Shown: piece after piece, positions 30,475 to 44,208 of the stretch | Layout: each line of letters opens with the position of its first letter | How positions within the stretch are numbered: position 1 is the stretch's first letter | Source: Eledone cirrhosa | Taxonomy: Eukaryota | Direction of reading: 5' to 3' | DNA: 64,000 bases | Assembly (NCBI GenBank): GCA_964016885.1 | Contig: OZ024761.1 | Span: 28,210,001-28,274,000, forward strand | Program-made: the position numbers and the translations under genes | Notes under the pieces: generated by a model | Told to the model about the DNA's origin: nothing | The model's input: the letters and a program-made list of their open reading frames with translations, nothing else | Database searches by the model: none

Positions 30475-31015
30475 ACGGAGTAGGCAGACCCAGAAAAACC
30501 TGGGACGAGCTGATAAATTCCGACCTCACACACTTACACCTCTCCAAGACAATGTCACTGGACCGAGACCTTTGGCGGTACTCAGTAATAGAGAAGACCC
30601 GCCTTACCTAAATACAAAGTAAAACCTACTATAGTCAGTAGGCACCTCTAACAAAAATACACCCCCGTCCCACTACCCCCACCCCATCCACACCACCCCT
30701 TTCAATGTAAAGTTATGTTGGTGCCACAACATCCAGGCTGAAACAAATGAGATCGTGTAGGTGTCACGACAAAAAAACACACAGTCCACACTGTAATATG
30801 TGGCCGTGTAGGCAACACGGTAAAAACCTCCCAGTTCCACACTGTAAATGTGGTTGGTGTTAGGAAGGGCATCCAGCTGTAGAAAACCTGCCAGACAGTC
30901 CTATGCGAGCAATGACAACCACTCTTGCCTCAAGTGGGAAAACTCCCGTCCAAACCCATGCAAGCATGGAAGATGGACGTTAAACGATGATGATGATGAT
31001 GATGATGATGATGAT
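30475..31015 (+). mobile_element. RTE LINE 3' fragment
   Basis: Closely matches the reverse complement of 46945-47455 (end of ORF plus 3' UTR); (GAT)n tail. Confidence 0.85.
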
Positions 31016-31653
31016 ACCTACATACACACATATTCATACATACATAAACACACATACATACATAGACACACACATACGTATATATATTCGTAGATAAATA
31101 GATAAATATATACCTACATATATAGATACACATATACATACATACATGAATACATTCAAACATACATACATTGATAGATACACGCGTACACACACACACA
31201 CACACATAAATACATACATGCACATACACACATTCATACGAACATACATCATAAATATATCATACATACATAGACATACACATACATACAGATATATGTT
31301 TGTAGATAAATATATACCTACATACATACACATATTAATACATGCATACATCATACATACATACATAGATGCATGCATACACGCACACATACATACATTC
31401 ATACATACATACATTCATATATACAATCATACATACATAATAAATACATGCGTACATCATACATACATAGACACACACATACATACAGATATATGTTTGT
31501 AGATAAATATATACCTACATACATATGCATTCATACACACGTCATAAATACATGCATACATAGATACATGCATACACACACGCATACATATATCATAAAT
31601 ACATACATAAATACACACACACACATACATACATATACATATATACATCATAA

Positions 31654-31723
<70 letters not shown>

Positions 31724-31829
31724 GCATATATATATGCATATATATATATATATATATATGATATGCATATATATATATATGCATATATATATGCATATAT
31801 ATATATATATATATATATGCATATATATA

Positions 31830-31895
<66 letters not shown>

Positions 31896-32001
31896 TATAT
31901 ATATATATATATATATATATGCATATATATATATATAAGCATATATATATATATATATGCATATATATATATATATATAAGCATATATATATATATATAT
32001 A

Positions 32002-32160
<159 letters not shown>

Positions 32161-32226
32161 GCATATATATATATATACATATATATATGCATATATATAT
32201 ATATATATATGCATATATATATATAT

Positions 32227-32275
<49 letters not shown>

Positions 32276-32286
32276 TATATATATAT

Positions 32287-32337
<51 letters not shown>

Positions 32338-32879
32338 GTTTTAAATGGCCATAATTACTGAACCAAAATGAAACCTCCTTCATTTAACTTTTAATATTTA
32401 TTTGATATTTCTTGAAAACGTCGGCCTACCACTCTCATTTCAAGTGGCTTCACTTCAGCATAAGATACCTATTATCAATACCATAGTTTATCTTCCCCTT
32501 TTATTTCATATATAATCAGTCGTGTCCTGGAAGCTGGCTAAATCCTGCGGACACAACCTTTCTAATTGTCTGTAGACTTTAATACCTTCGGTAATTCTTG
32601 GCAATTTGTTCAGCCAGCCTCAGCTCCTACTTTCATCTGGTGTTATAAGACTGCTTCCCTAATCAGTTTTATATGTTAAATTACATAGTGTTTTTGGATG
32701 TTTAGCACCTCATTATTGTGAAATATATCTTTGTAAACGTAGTAAATTTGACAGTCAGACATGTCACATACATACATAAATATATATATATATATATATA
32801 TACACAAAGATATACACACACACACACACACACAGTTAAAAATATATATATATTTGTGCGTGTGTGTATATATATATAT

Positions 32880-32944
<65 letters not shown>

Positions 32945-33070
32945 GCATATATACACATATACATATATATACACACATAGACACATTCAGATGCACACAC
33001 ACACGCAAGCAGATCTCTATGTATGTATCTAGCTATATCTATATTGATATATATATATCCATCTCTCTCT

Positions 33071-33132
<62 letters not shown>

Positions 33133-33416
33133 GCATATATCTAAAAGGTAAACAGAAATAACAAAAATAATAAAACAAACGGCACAATACATGGAAGAAA
33201 TGTATTGAAATAGCAGGAAGAATGTCTTAATGTTTCAGACACATCTATCTATATATATATATCCATATATAGTAATAACGAGCCAGGCAATAAGATATCG
33301 CCTATATATATATATATATATATATAATGGAAAAATTTGAACAGGGACAAAACAGAGAGGCAGTACAACGAATGTTTATTAATTTCATGCTCTGGAGAGT
33401 GGGGTGTTGGTGGGGG

Positions 33417-33448
33417 ACGACGTTTCGGGCATAAGCCCTTCCTCAGGT
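33417..33448 (-). ncRNA. Minimal Penelope-type hammerhead ribozyme
   Basis: Reverse complement ac-CTGAGGA-agggc(ttat)gccc-GAAAC-GTC-gt matches the minimal type I hammerhead pattern of metazoan Penelope-like elements. Confidence 0.8.
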
Positions 33449-34547
33449 GAGAAGTGTGTGGGAACAGAGTTCAAAGGGTGTGTAGGGGAGTGGTGGAGAG
33501 ACATATAGCGAAAGGAGGCAATGCGTGGAAGGAAAGACCAAGTGTGGGAAGGTGTGTAAAGTTCGGAGAAAGGTCACGGCGGATTAGATCGGGGTTGAGC
33601 CGGTAGTTAAGTTATGTTCCAAGGAATGGAAGCCGTGTGAGCGTGTATTATATATAATGGAAAAATTTGAACAGGGACACAGACAGATCCACAGAATGAT
33701 TGCGTCTCAAGCTGTCTGCCGGGGAAACAATTGTAAGACACAATAAATTGAGTTCAGATGCATCACTGATTTTTTCGTTTTCTATTCTATATATATATAT
33801 ATATATAGTGTGGAAAGTGGACGTTAAACGAGGATGATGATGATGATATAGAATAGAATAGAAAACGAAAAATCAGTGATGCATCTGAACTCAATTTATT
33901 GTGTGTTACAATTGTTTCCCCGGCGGATAGCTCGAGACGTGATCATTATGTGGATCTGTCTGATTCTGGACCCGCAGGTTCGACGGACACGTCTGATGAT
34001 TTCAGAGCATATTCTCTCATATATATATTCTCCAGTGTTAATTTATGTCATCCATCTCCAACAAATGTCCTTGTAGTATTGCTTTACAACCAGCTTCACT
34101 TTGAGTTCAAATCTGGCCAACTTCAACTTCAACTTTTGTGTAGTTAAAATAAAGACCAATTCAACGACTGGGTATATTTCACTTTCTATAAAACACCCTA
34201 GATATCAACTGGACTGTAATAGAACACTTTAAATGATTTGATTATATATTTATTTACTGTCACCAAATCTACTGTGTATATATATATTTTTATATATATA
34301 TATATGTAAAAGGTAAACAGAAATAACAACACAATCAGTACAGTATATAGAAGGAATATATTAGGTTAACGCTTGAAATAGCAGGAAGAGTGTCATAAAG
34401 TTTCGGACACTAGAATTTGCTGGGGTTACGTTCCGAGAGCCCCTGCAGGGTGAAAAACCTCGAATATTGGATGTGGTCGATAAAAATATGTATAAATGCA
34501 TTTTGCATATACTACACACACACACACACATACATATATACATACAT

Positions 34548-34925
34548 GGTGGCTGCCAACTCGTTTTCGAGTACGGCCACTACTTTATATCCATGTAGGA
34601 GAACCCCTACCGATGCGCTGAACGACTGTGACTTTTTAGTCCAGCCAGCGACTTGAAAACACTACACTTGTGACAATTATTGACACATAGTGCTGGGCCC
34701 ATGGTACCATGTGATGACAAGTGCAGAGAGATCTCCAGATATAAAGCAATGCCTGTGCCGTGAAGCTTTTATAGTGAGAAAAGGCACTGCACAAAGCCAG
34801 TCCCACTCTCTTAACCAAGATGATATTTACCAAAAAGAAGAACAAGTCAACATCATTGGATACCATCAGGGTTGCAGGTGTTATATCAGAGTTTTCCTTC
34901 TCCTAGAATTCTGCCTTGACAAAGG
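34548..34925 (-). mobile_element. Old LINE 3' end with a C2H2-like remnant
   Basis: Minus strand encodes C..FKSLAGLKSHSRSAH* followed by a short UTR ending in a hairpin (gtactcgaaaacgagttg) next to a microsatellite. Confidence 0.45.
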
Positions 34926-35562
34926 CTAAGGGGTCATACATACATACATACATATATGGGCTGAGGGCAATTACATGCAATTTTAAGCCCTACAATGTCA
35001 ACCATAACTTTGCATCTTGAAAATTCTTCTCCTCGTCACTAGCCTGGATAAGGTGTCTTTGTCAAAGACCAGCAATTGGCCATCTACACCTGGCACCCTT
35101 CTCCATGACAATGATATTGTCCAAATGAAAGATAACAGCTGATACACCTTGACATGAGTGTCAACCCAATTCATCACTCCCCTTCCTCCAACTGCTGGGA
35201 ATATAATAACATGAAATAAAATGTCTTTGTCATGGACACAAGGCACCCGCATGCCACTCTGGGCAGTCAACTCACAACTATAAGGTTGTGAGCTGAACAC
35301 TCTAACCACTGGACCATACATAACATTATTGTTAGTAGTAATAATATATATATTGAAGTGGACAATTCACATTCCATAAATCAAAGTCACCTCTCTGATC
35401 TTTGAAGATAATATACAATGATCTTGATAAGAGGATCAGACAGGTGAAACGTGAAATTAGGAAATATAGAGGGACTGCTTCATTAGATATATTACCTTTA
35501 TTATCGAGTTCTCTTTTTTTACTTCTAGTTTAAACCAATATATTTGCACACCCCTCCCCCCA

Positions 35563-35612
<50 letters not shown>

Positions 35613-35837
35613 GTTCCGATTTTCTTATGTCATTGTACCTATATATACATACACGCACGCTTTGAATATATTTTGACACAGCAATATTTACTGATATATT
35701 ATTGTTTTTCTTATATTGAACATTTTTTTAAATTTGAAGTTAGTCGAGCTGGCTTAAGAACCTAACGATGTGCTATTTTTAGCACTCCTGTTGGCCTGTG
35801 CATTTGCAATAAAATCCAATCTCTCTCTATCTCTCTC

Positions 35838-35868
<31 letters not shown>

Positions 35869-36198
35869 TTCATCATTTTTACGTCCACTTTTCCCTGCTT
35901 GCAAGGGTGGGACAGGAACTGATTCTGGCTGGATTTCTACAGCTGGATGCCCTTCCTAACACCAACCTCATTTACAGTGAGTGCTGGGTGCTTTTTTGCC
36001 GTGGCATCTCCACGACCACTTTACAGTGGAATGATAGGGACCCCAGTCCCTATCATCTCATTTCTACAGCTGAGTAAACTGGAGCAATGTGAAATAAAGT
36101 GTCTTGCTCAAGGAAACAACACATCACCCGGTCTGAGAATTGAACTCACAACCTTTTGATTGCAAGGCCAATGCTCTAACCATATATATATATGCTCT

Positions 36199-36260
<62 letters not shown>

Positions 36261-36460
36261 TACATATATATCTATATTAAATATTGTATATACTCTACTA
36301 TGTATTGAGTACCTTACTTACTGTGTTTATCTCCGAGTGAACCTGGACAACACAAAATATAACTACTCCATTACCAAAGGTTTCTGGATCAGAGTCGATA
36401 ATAATATAAGTCTGGATTGGCCGTCAGACATAGATGTTTGCTTTTCCTTTAGAATTACCT

Positions 36461-36493
<33 letters not shown>

Positions 36494-36663
36494 CAAAGAA
36501 CAATGATGCCAGGTGGACCATAACACACCAGAGTACTCAATGTTTAGGGTACTAGTGTGGGTAATAGGAAATGAGTCAGGAGGACTCCGACAGCTGAGCT
36601 CCGGCCGTTCAGATCTAGCTGTCGAAATGGCCAGAGCTCAGCCGTTGGGGTCCTGACTCTTTT

Positions 36664-36723
<60 letters not shown>

Positions 36724-36831
36724 CATATGCATGAATATATGTGTGATTAGAGGCTTGATTAGAGGCATTTAAGCAGGAAACTCCTCACCCTCCAGATATT
36801 AGTACAGTGGCACATTATCAATGTATTATGA

Positions 36832-36932
36832 GTCTGATGAACCTGGGACTTGGAGTATCAAACCGTATTGTTATATAATTATTTTGTAGTAGTGAAGGGT
36901 TTGAACTGAATCATCAGTGAAACACGTGTAAC
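36832..36932 (+). ncRNA. Hammerhead-like motif with long insert in stem II
   Basis: gt-CTGATGA...GAAACACGTGTA-ac; palindromic stem III, but stem II is not clearly paired. Confidence 0.45.
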
Positions 36933-37876
36933 GAAAACCAACATATAATTAACTGATCTCTAACTTAGTAGGTGTGTGAGCGTATGTATACATATACATA
37001 TATATATATAAAATAAGGGTTGACGGACCCACCATATTTATCAATGCCAGTACCGGTTGTATCTCAGCGCACTCAATGGGCAATGTAAGGGTGCCTATAA
37101 GGTTCCCGGGCTTGAGTTTCTGCCGCACTAATGCAGCAGTAAGGTGCACTGCACCATCTGTCTGCATATATTATGCAACAATGCACAATCGGCTTATGCG
37201 GCTTCATTAGCGGGTATCGCCTAATCAATAACCAATCGATCGACAGAATCCAAACACCGGCCCATGCTGGTCATGACTGTTTGTGACACCCGACACGGTA
37301 AAGCGATTAACAGGCAACCGATAGGACTCTATCTCTCAACTAGCCACTGATTTACAAATTTTACATGGGGACGGGAAGCTAAAAAGAATCAATCTTTTAG
37401 TTCCTCTCAGCCAACGTGTCTCACACCCAAATTATCAAGGAGTACAAAGATGGCTATTAGAAATAGCAGTTCACATTGATATAAAATAGAATGGTAGCAT
37501 TCGGTTCATGTCTCCAAGCCCCATGGCTAGAGGAAAGCAATGGTAACAATGGTAGTGCCAAGAACCTTTAACGGACTTTAAATGCGATCATCCATTATAT
37601 AACAATATAGTAGCGAGCTGAAATGTGTCAGCCACGTGCGTAGATAACCAGTCTAATTCACAACTTAAAAGAGTGAGAGACAAAATTAGTAGCAATATAT
37701 ATATAGGTGTGTGTGTGTGTGTGTACATATATATATATACATAATTATATATAAATAATGAGTTTTACTATGAAGTACCTGTATTTTGTAACCGTATTTT
37801 GTTTAATTTCATTGTTTTCACTATTTGTATTATATATATATATATATATATATGAATATATAAATATATATATATA

Positions 37877-38535
37877 TGTAGGAGATGAGTTTTATTGTAG
37901 CACAATAAAGCAATGCAAATATCGGATAAGTAGCACTCTACAGTTTGTAGGACTGGAGTATAAATAATATAAGATCAAAAGATGGTTAAAAGAGTTCCAA
38001 GTATTTTATTATGCGCATTTAAAAAACAAATATCATGGGATGATATCTGCGTTCTCATCAGATAAAATAGGGAGACATGATATGAAGCTTAAAAAACACT
38101 TGTGCATAAAAAACACTTGTGAATAAAAAACACTTATGAATAGTGAAGTTTTAAATCAACATATCATATGTTGATTTAAAACTTCACTATTCACAAGTGT
38201 TTTTTATTCATAAGTGCTTTTTAAGCTTCATATCATGTCTCCCTATTTTATCTATGGATAGTGCAGTTTTAAATCAACATATGTTGATTTAAAACTGCAC
38301 TATCCACAAGTGTTTTTAACCTTCATATCATGTCCTCATATTTTATCTGATGAAAATACAAATGTTATTGCATGATGATATTTGTTTTTGAAATGCACAT
38401 AATAAAATACATGGAACTCATTTAACCATCTTTTGATCTTATATATTATGTATACTCCAGTCCTACAAACTGTAGAGTGCTTCTTATCCGATATCTGCAT
38501 TGCTTTATTGTACTACAATAAAACTCACCTCCTAC

Positions 38536-38536
<1 letters not shown>
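37877..38536. mobile_element. ~660 bp fold-back element with nested palindromes and hammerheads
   Basis: Diverged inverted arms, internal palindromes near 38110-38215 and 38261-38300, and a hammerhead motif in each arm. Confidence 0.7.
38341..38407 (+). ncRNA. Hammerhead ribozyme in the right arm of a fold-back element
   Basis: ttttat-CTGATGA-stem II-GAA-ATGCACAT-A-ataaaa; degenerate mirror copy on the minus strand near 38004-38067. Confidence 0.65.
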
Positions 38537-38566
<30 letters not shown>

Positions 38567-38637
38567 CATATATATATACATACATATATACATATATATA
38601 CATATATATATATATATGAATAAATAGACCAGGATTT

Positions 38638-38697
38638 TTTCATTCTGATGATTGAAAGCAAAATCTTTTGCTTTTAAGAAACCACTGGTAAATGGAA
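38638..38697 (+). ncRNA. Type I hammerhead ribozyme, intact core
   Basis: tttcatt-CTGATGA-ttgaaagcaaa(atct)tttgcttttaa-GAA-ACC(act)GGT-A-aatggaa: 7 bp stem I, 11 bp stem II, 3 bp stem III, GUA cleavage triplet. Confidence 0.85.
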
Positions 38698-38761
38698 TAA
38701 TTGCCTTATGTTGTTTATTACATAACTATATATATATATATAAATATATATATACACACAC

Positions 38762-38824
<63 letters not shown>

Positions 38825-38837
38825 TATATACACACAC

Positions 38838-38908
<71 letters not shown>

Positions 38909-38945
38909 CATACATATATATATATATATATACATATATATACAT

Positions 38946-38985
<40 letters not shown>

Positions 38986-39354
38986 GATAAGTAAAACCAC
39001 TTAAGTAATGAACCACATCATCACCATATCATCCAATCACAATAAGCTGGTGTAAACCTCAAATGAAAATGTCCAATTGTTGATGTATCCAGACATCTTG
39101 AAATTGTCTGAAGACGCTAAAAGACCATTTATTGACTGAAATATGGCGGCTGCGAAAGGTCAGAAGCTTCGTCTTCATACAACATGCCAGAACGGACATT
39201 ATAGCAATATTATTAGACAATTTTTGACAGCACACTTTGGTGACAACAAGCGTAATCAATCAAACTCTTAAAGCTTGTTGTGACCGACCAAACATACTGG
39301 AGGTGTTCATCAGTTAATGTGATTTTGATAAATTTTCACATATGTATATGTGTG

Positions 39355-39415
<61 letters not shown>

Positions 39416-39453
39416 CATATATACATATATATATATACATATATATATACACA

Positions 39454-39487
<34 letters not shown>

Positions 39488-39548
39488 CATATATATATAT
39501 ACATATATATATACATATATATATATATAAATAAATAGACCAGGATTT

Positions 39549-39608
39549 TTTCATTCTGATGATTGAAAGCAAAATCTTTTGCTTTTAAGAAACCACTGGT
39601 AAATGGAA
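39549..39608 (+). ncRNA. Type I hammerhead ribozyme, second copy of 38638-38697
   Basis: Same sequence as 38638-38697, again immediately after a (TA)n tract. Confidence 0.85.
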
Positions 39609-39658
39609 TAATTAGCCGTCGAAACGGCTTGAGCTCAGCCGCCGGGGTCTTACTTGTT

Positions 39659-39729
<71 letters not shown>

Positions 39730-40190
39730 GTACATGCATATATTGTATATGTATAAGTATATGTATATGTATGTATATATGTATATAAATTTCATTTTTT
39801 ATTTCATTTCATTTTACGTCCGCTTTTTCCCTGCTTGCAAGGGTGGGATGGGAACTGATTCTGGCTTGATTTCTACAGCTGGATGCCCTTCCTAACACCA
39901 ACCTCATTTACAGTGAGTGCTGGGTGCTTTTTTGCCGTGGCACCTCCACGACCACTTTGCAGTGGAATGATAGGGACCCCAGTCCCTATCATCTCATTTC
40001 TACAGCTGAGTAATCTGGAGCAATGTAAAATAAAGTGTCTTGCTCAAGGAAACAACACATCACCCAGTTTGAGAATTGAACTCACAACCTTTTGATTGCA
40101 AGGCCAATGCTCTAACCACTAAGCCATGTGTCTCCATATGTATATATATATATGTGTATATGTGTATATATATATATGTATATATGTATA

Positions 40191-40727
40191 CTTTTAAACT
40201 TTATTTTGAAATTTTTTCTTATTTGCTAAACCTTGATTATATATGTTCTGCCTCGTTAATTTATTAACCTGCCATTGAACCACATTGGCATATGGTTGGA
40301 CAATACATGTGTCCCTAGACGCTTTTTGCGTGTAGGGATATATACTTTATTATTATTATTCTCCTCTTAGCCGAGATAAAATTTGGTCGTTCGGTCTGCT
40401 GCTATTTATAGTGGTAGTAGACTGACCTCCCTGCCTCTGCTTCTATCTTTACACACGGCACTGGACAGAATTGCTTCCACATCATTCATTCTCATCTCAG
40501 GAACAATTTTGAATAGCGCCAGTTCGTAATTTGAACTCGGGAATTTTATATTCTCCGAGTGAAATGACCCTTCTGACGAGAGTTTATCTTTTCAATGGAA
40601 GGCCGCAAGGACTGTCCATTTATTTTTGAGACTCGAAACCGATTCGGTAAAGGTAACCATAGTGAGTACAGTGAATCTTTTAAAATTTATTTTGAAACTT
40701 TTTCTTATTTGCTAAACCTTGATTATA
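40191..40727 (+). mobile_element. Terminally redundant, hammerhead-containing non-coding element (retrozyme/Penelope-like)
   Basis: ~50 bp direct repeat at 40191 and 40677 (period 486), intact hammerhead at 40569-40653, and TA-rich flanks. Confidence 0.65.
40569..40653 (+). ncRNA. Type I hammerhead ribozyme with extended stem II
   Basis: cctt-CTGACGA-gagttt...aatgga..ccGCAAgg..tccatt...agactc-GAA-ACCG(att)CGGT-A-aagg; canonical core and GUA triplet. Confidence 0.8.
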
Positions 40728-40765
40728 TATATATATGTATATTTGTATATACATATATATATATG

Positions 40766-42052
40766 CGAGGGGGGATCAAAAAGTTCGCTGAATTTTTCAG
40801 AAAATATTCTATTTTTTAAAAAATATGATTTATCTTCAATTTATTTTTCTACACAGTTGCCATCCAGGTCAATACACTTCACAAGGCAATGCTTCCAGCT
40901 TTGTAAGGCGTCTCTAAAGAAAGTTGAAGGCCTTGTTCGAAGCCATGTGTTGGCAGTGTTTTTAGCTATTCAACACCACTAAAACGGGTTCCCTTTAGCA
41001 TTTCTTTGAGTTTTGGAAAGAGGAAAAAGTCTGATGGGGCTAAATCTGGACTATAAGGCGGGTGAGGAAGCACTTCCCATCGAAATTCTCGAAGAACTTC
41101 TTTTGCAACCCGCGCAGATGCGCTGGTGCATTGTCATGGTCAAACATGATCCCACCATGAAGTTTCCCTTTTCGTTTCTTGACTAATGCCTCTTTCAGCT
41201 TCCTTAAAACATTTGCATAGTAAGCTCTTGTCACAGTTCTTTGACCTTCAAGATAATCTATTAGTATCACCCCATCCGAATCCCAGAAAATGGTGGCCAT
41301 CACCTTTTGATCCAACTTTTGAGATTTGAACTTGATTGGCCCCGATGATCCACATGGAAGCCACTGTTTTGACTGCTGTTTGGATTCAGGATCATACTGG
41401 TAGATCTAGGTTTCATCTCTGGTGATGATTCTGGTCAGGAAATGCTCTTCATCAACTTCAATTTTGTTTAATATCGCCAAAGACAAATCACTTCGAAAAA
41501 ACGCTTTTGGGACACATCGCGCTGAAAGCTTGCTTAATCCCAAATTATCGTGCAGAATTGAATTTTCCGAACCATATGAAATGTCTAGGGACTTAGCTAA
41601 CTGATTAACTGTTATTCTTCGATCTTCTTCAATTAAAGTCTGAGTAGCCTCAACGTTTTGGTCATTTTTTGATGTTCCTAGTCTTCCACTGCGATGGTCG
41701 TTTCAAGGTCGTCTCTCCCTTGTTTGAATCGATGAATCCACTTGTAGACTGCAGTTTTCTTTGGAGCAGTAGTACCGTAAACTTTAATTAAAACCTCCAT
41801 AATCTGTGCCCCTTTCCATTTGAGTTTCACCAGAAACTTGATATTCGATCTTATCTCAAAATAACTATTTTCCATTGTTCCAAAAAGAGGTTTTTTAAAG
41901 AGAGTCAGTACTGTACAATAGTCCGTGCATTGACTGCAAGTGACTAATAGCAAGGTAAACACCCAGTGACAATGTTCTGACATGTTTAATATTGTTTTAA
42001 CCTATTTTTTTCTTACTACGATAAAATTCCGCGAACTTTTTTATCCCCCCTC

Positions 42053-42053
<1 letters not shown>
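40766..42053 (-). mobile_element. Full-length but degenerate mariner (Tc1/mariner, DD34D-type) transposon
   Basis: ~30 bp TIRs (cgaggggggatcaaaaagttcgc / gcgaacttttttatcccccctcg) with a TA flank on the right. Minus-strand transposase motifs include an HTH N-terminus, ITRDET, HDNAPAH and YSPDLAPSDF, broken by frameshifts and stops. Confidence 0.92.
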
Positions 42054-42083
<30 letters not shown>

Positions 42084-42703
42084 CATGCATATATTGTATA
42101 TATATATGTATATGTATATATATTTATGTATATAAATGTATATATATATGTGTATATGTATATATGTATATATAAATATATATATGTATATATATACATA
42201 TATACATATACACATATATATATACATTTATATACATATATACATGCAGGGAAGAGCAGACGTAAAATGATGATGATGATGTATATATGTATATATACTA
42301 TATGCATGTATATGTATGCATATATATATATATATGTACTTTACTTACGATATAAATCTTACTTGTAGTTTTTCTACTTATTTCTGTCAAATGATAAATT
42401 ATTGCATTCGTTGTTTTTTGTCATCCTGTCACACACTCTCTCTCACACACACACCACACACACATATATATATATATATCTATGTATGTATGTATATATA
42501 TAAATCATTGCATTCTTTTTTTTTTTGTAGTGGTATCATATATATAATTATAATATATATATAAATTACTGTATTCATTTTTTGTCATCTTTCCACATAT
42601 ATGCATGTATATATATATGTATATATATATATTTATATATATATATTCATATTTATATACATATACAAATTTATATACACATATATATATAGACACACAC
42701 ACA

Positions 42704-42737
<34 letters not shown>

Positions 42738-42770
42738 TGTGAGAAAAACCACAGTCCCCCATCTCAACTC

Positions 42771-42810
42771 TCCTTTTGAAAAGCAGAAGAACTGCGAAAC
42801 CGGTAAAGGA
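42771..42810 (+). ncRNA. Hammerhead-like motif with divergent core (TTGAAAA); second copy on minus strand near 46415-46455
   Basis: tcctt-TTGAAAA-gcag(aagaa)ctgc-GAAACCGGTA-aagga, then AATAAA; stems intact but core non-canonical. Confidence 0.5.
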
Positions 42811-42945
42811 ACCAAATAAATAAATATATATTTTTTCAAAAAAAGACTCCAGTTGCATTTTTGATTTCATCTTTTTTCCTTATACTTTCACTCGTGTAGG
42901 ACACCTCGGTAATTTTTCATTTTGTAAAAAAACCCTCACTTTCTT

Positions 42946-42997
<52 letters not shown>

Positions 42998-43051
42998 ATA
43001 TATACATATATATATACACACATACATATATACATACACACACACCCACAC

Positions 43052-43083
<32 letters not shown>

Positions 43084-43089
43084 ATACAT

Positions 43090-44090
43090 TCATCATCATC
43101 ATCATTTTACGTCCGCTCTTCCCTGCTTGCAAGCGTGGGACGGGTCTTATTCAGTACAGCATCTCTCCACTTGTCACGGTCTTTCGTCATCTCCACCGTG
43201 AACTTCAGTGATCTGAGATCTGTTCTCACCACCTCCGCCCATGTTTTTCGTGGTCTACCTCTACCACGTCTTCCTTCAACTGGCATTTCCTGGCACTTCT
43301 TCACCCATCGGTCATCCTCCATGCGCATCACATGTCCATACCACCTCAGTCTCCTCTCCCGTACACTACATTCTATCCCTCTCAGACACAGTTTCTCTTT
43401 CAACACATTCATGCTGGGTCGTTCACGCACATTTACACTGCACATCCAACGGAGCATGCTTGCCTCATTTCTCTCCAGCCGTCGCATGTTCTCTGCAGTT
43501 GCTGCCCATGTCTCACCACCAAGCAGCATTGCGCTCCTCACACAGGGCATCATATAACCAGCCTTTCGTATGCAGGGAGAAACCCTTCTTCGTCAGCAGA
43601 GGAAGCAGCTCCCTAAACTTCTTCCAACTCGTCCTTATTCTAGATACTATGGCCTCGGAACACCCCCCCTCCCATGCTAATCTGATCTCCTAGGTACTGG
43701 AAGCTCTCCACCACTTCTATAGCACCCGCCTGCATTTGAAAAATGTGTCTATCAATGCGACTTCTACTGTCTAATTTCCCTGTACATCTACTGCATACGT
43801 ATTTCTCCTTACCTGTTAGTTTGCCTGCTATCCCGCTACATCTCTTGTGTACCCAGTATCTGCATTGTGTGCATTTTATAGAATTTATGCCAGTTCCTTT
43901 TCTGCATATCGAACATGGCCATTTCCCTGACGGAATCAGAGTTTTGTCCTCTTTTCTACTCATCAACACTTTTGTCTTAGCTAGGTTCACTCTCAGTCCT
44001 CTTGCTTCCAACTGCTGTTTCCATAGCCAGAATTTATTCTCTAGCTCCTCTACTGATTCTGCTATAAGAACCAGATCGTCAGCATAGAGA
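43090..44090 (-). mobile_element. 5'-truncated RTE-clade LINE (short-tail family)
   Basis: LYADD...WPCSICRKG...RRLRWYGHV...GRPRKTW, then ggacgtaaaatgatgatg tail. Confidence 0.9.
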
Positions 44091-44152
44091 ATATATATAT
44101 ATATATAGTGACAAAACATAAGTCAATTGCATGAACTCATAATCCTTTATTT

Positions 44153-44208
44153 ACTGCTATATATATTTCGATGATAGCCATTGAGTGGCTATGACCTCAT
44201 CAGGCAGT
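44153..44208 (-). ncRNA. Type I hammerhead ribozyme with palindromic stem III
   Basis: Reverse complement actgc-CTGATGA-ggtcatagcca(ctcaa)tggctatcatc-GAA-ATATATAT-A-gcagt, followed by AATAAA. Confidence 0.8.

Noticed and set aside
32400-32670. Coding-like stretch (also 39050-39310 and 11445-11660)
   Set aside because: Stops in the frames read and no diagnostic motif; probably decayed transposon DNA.
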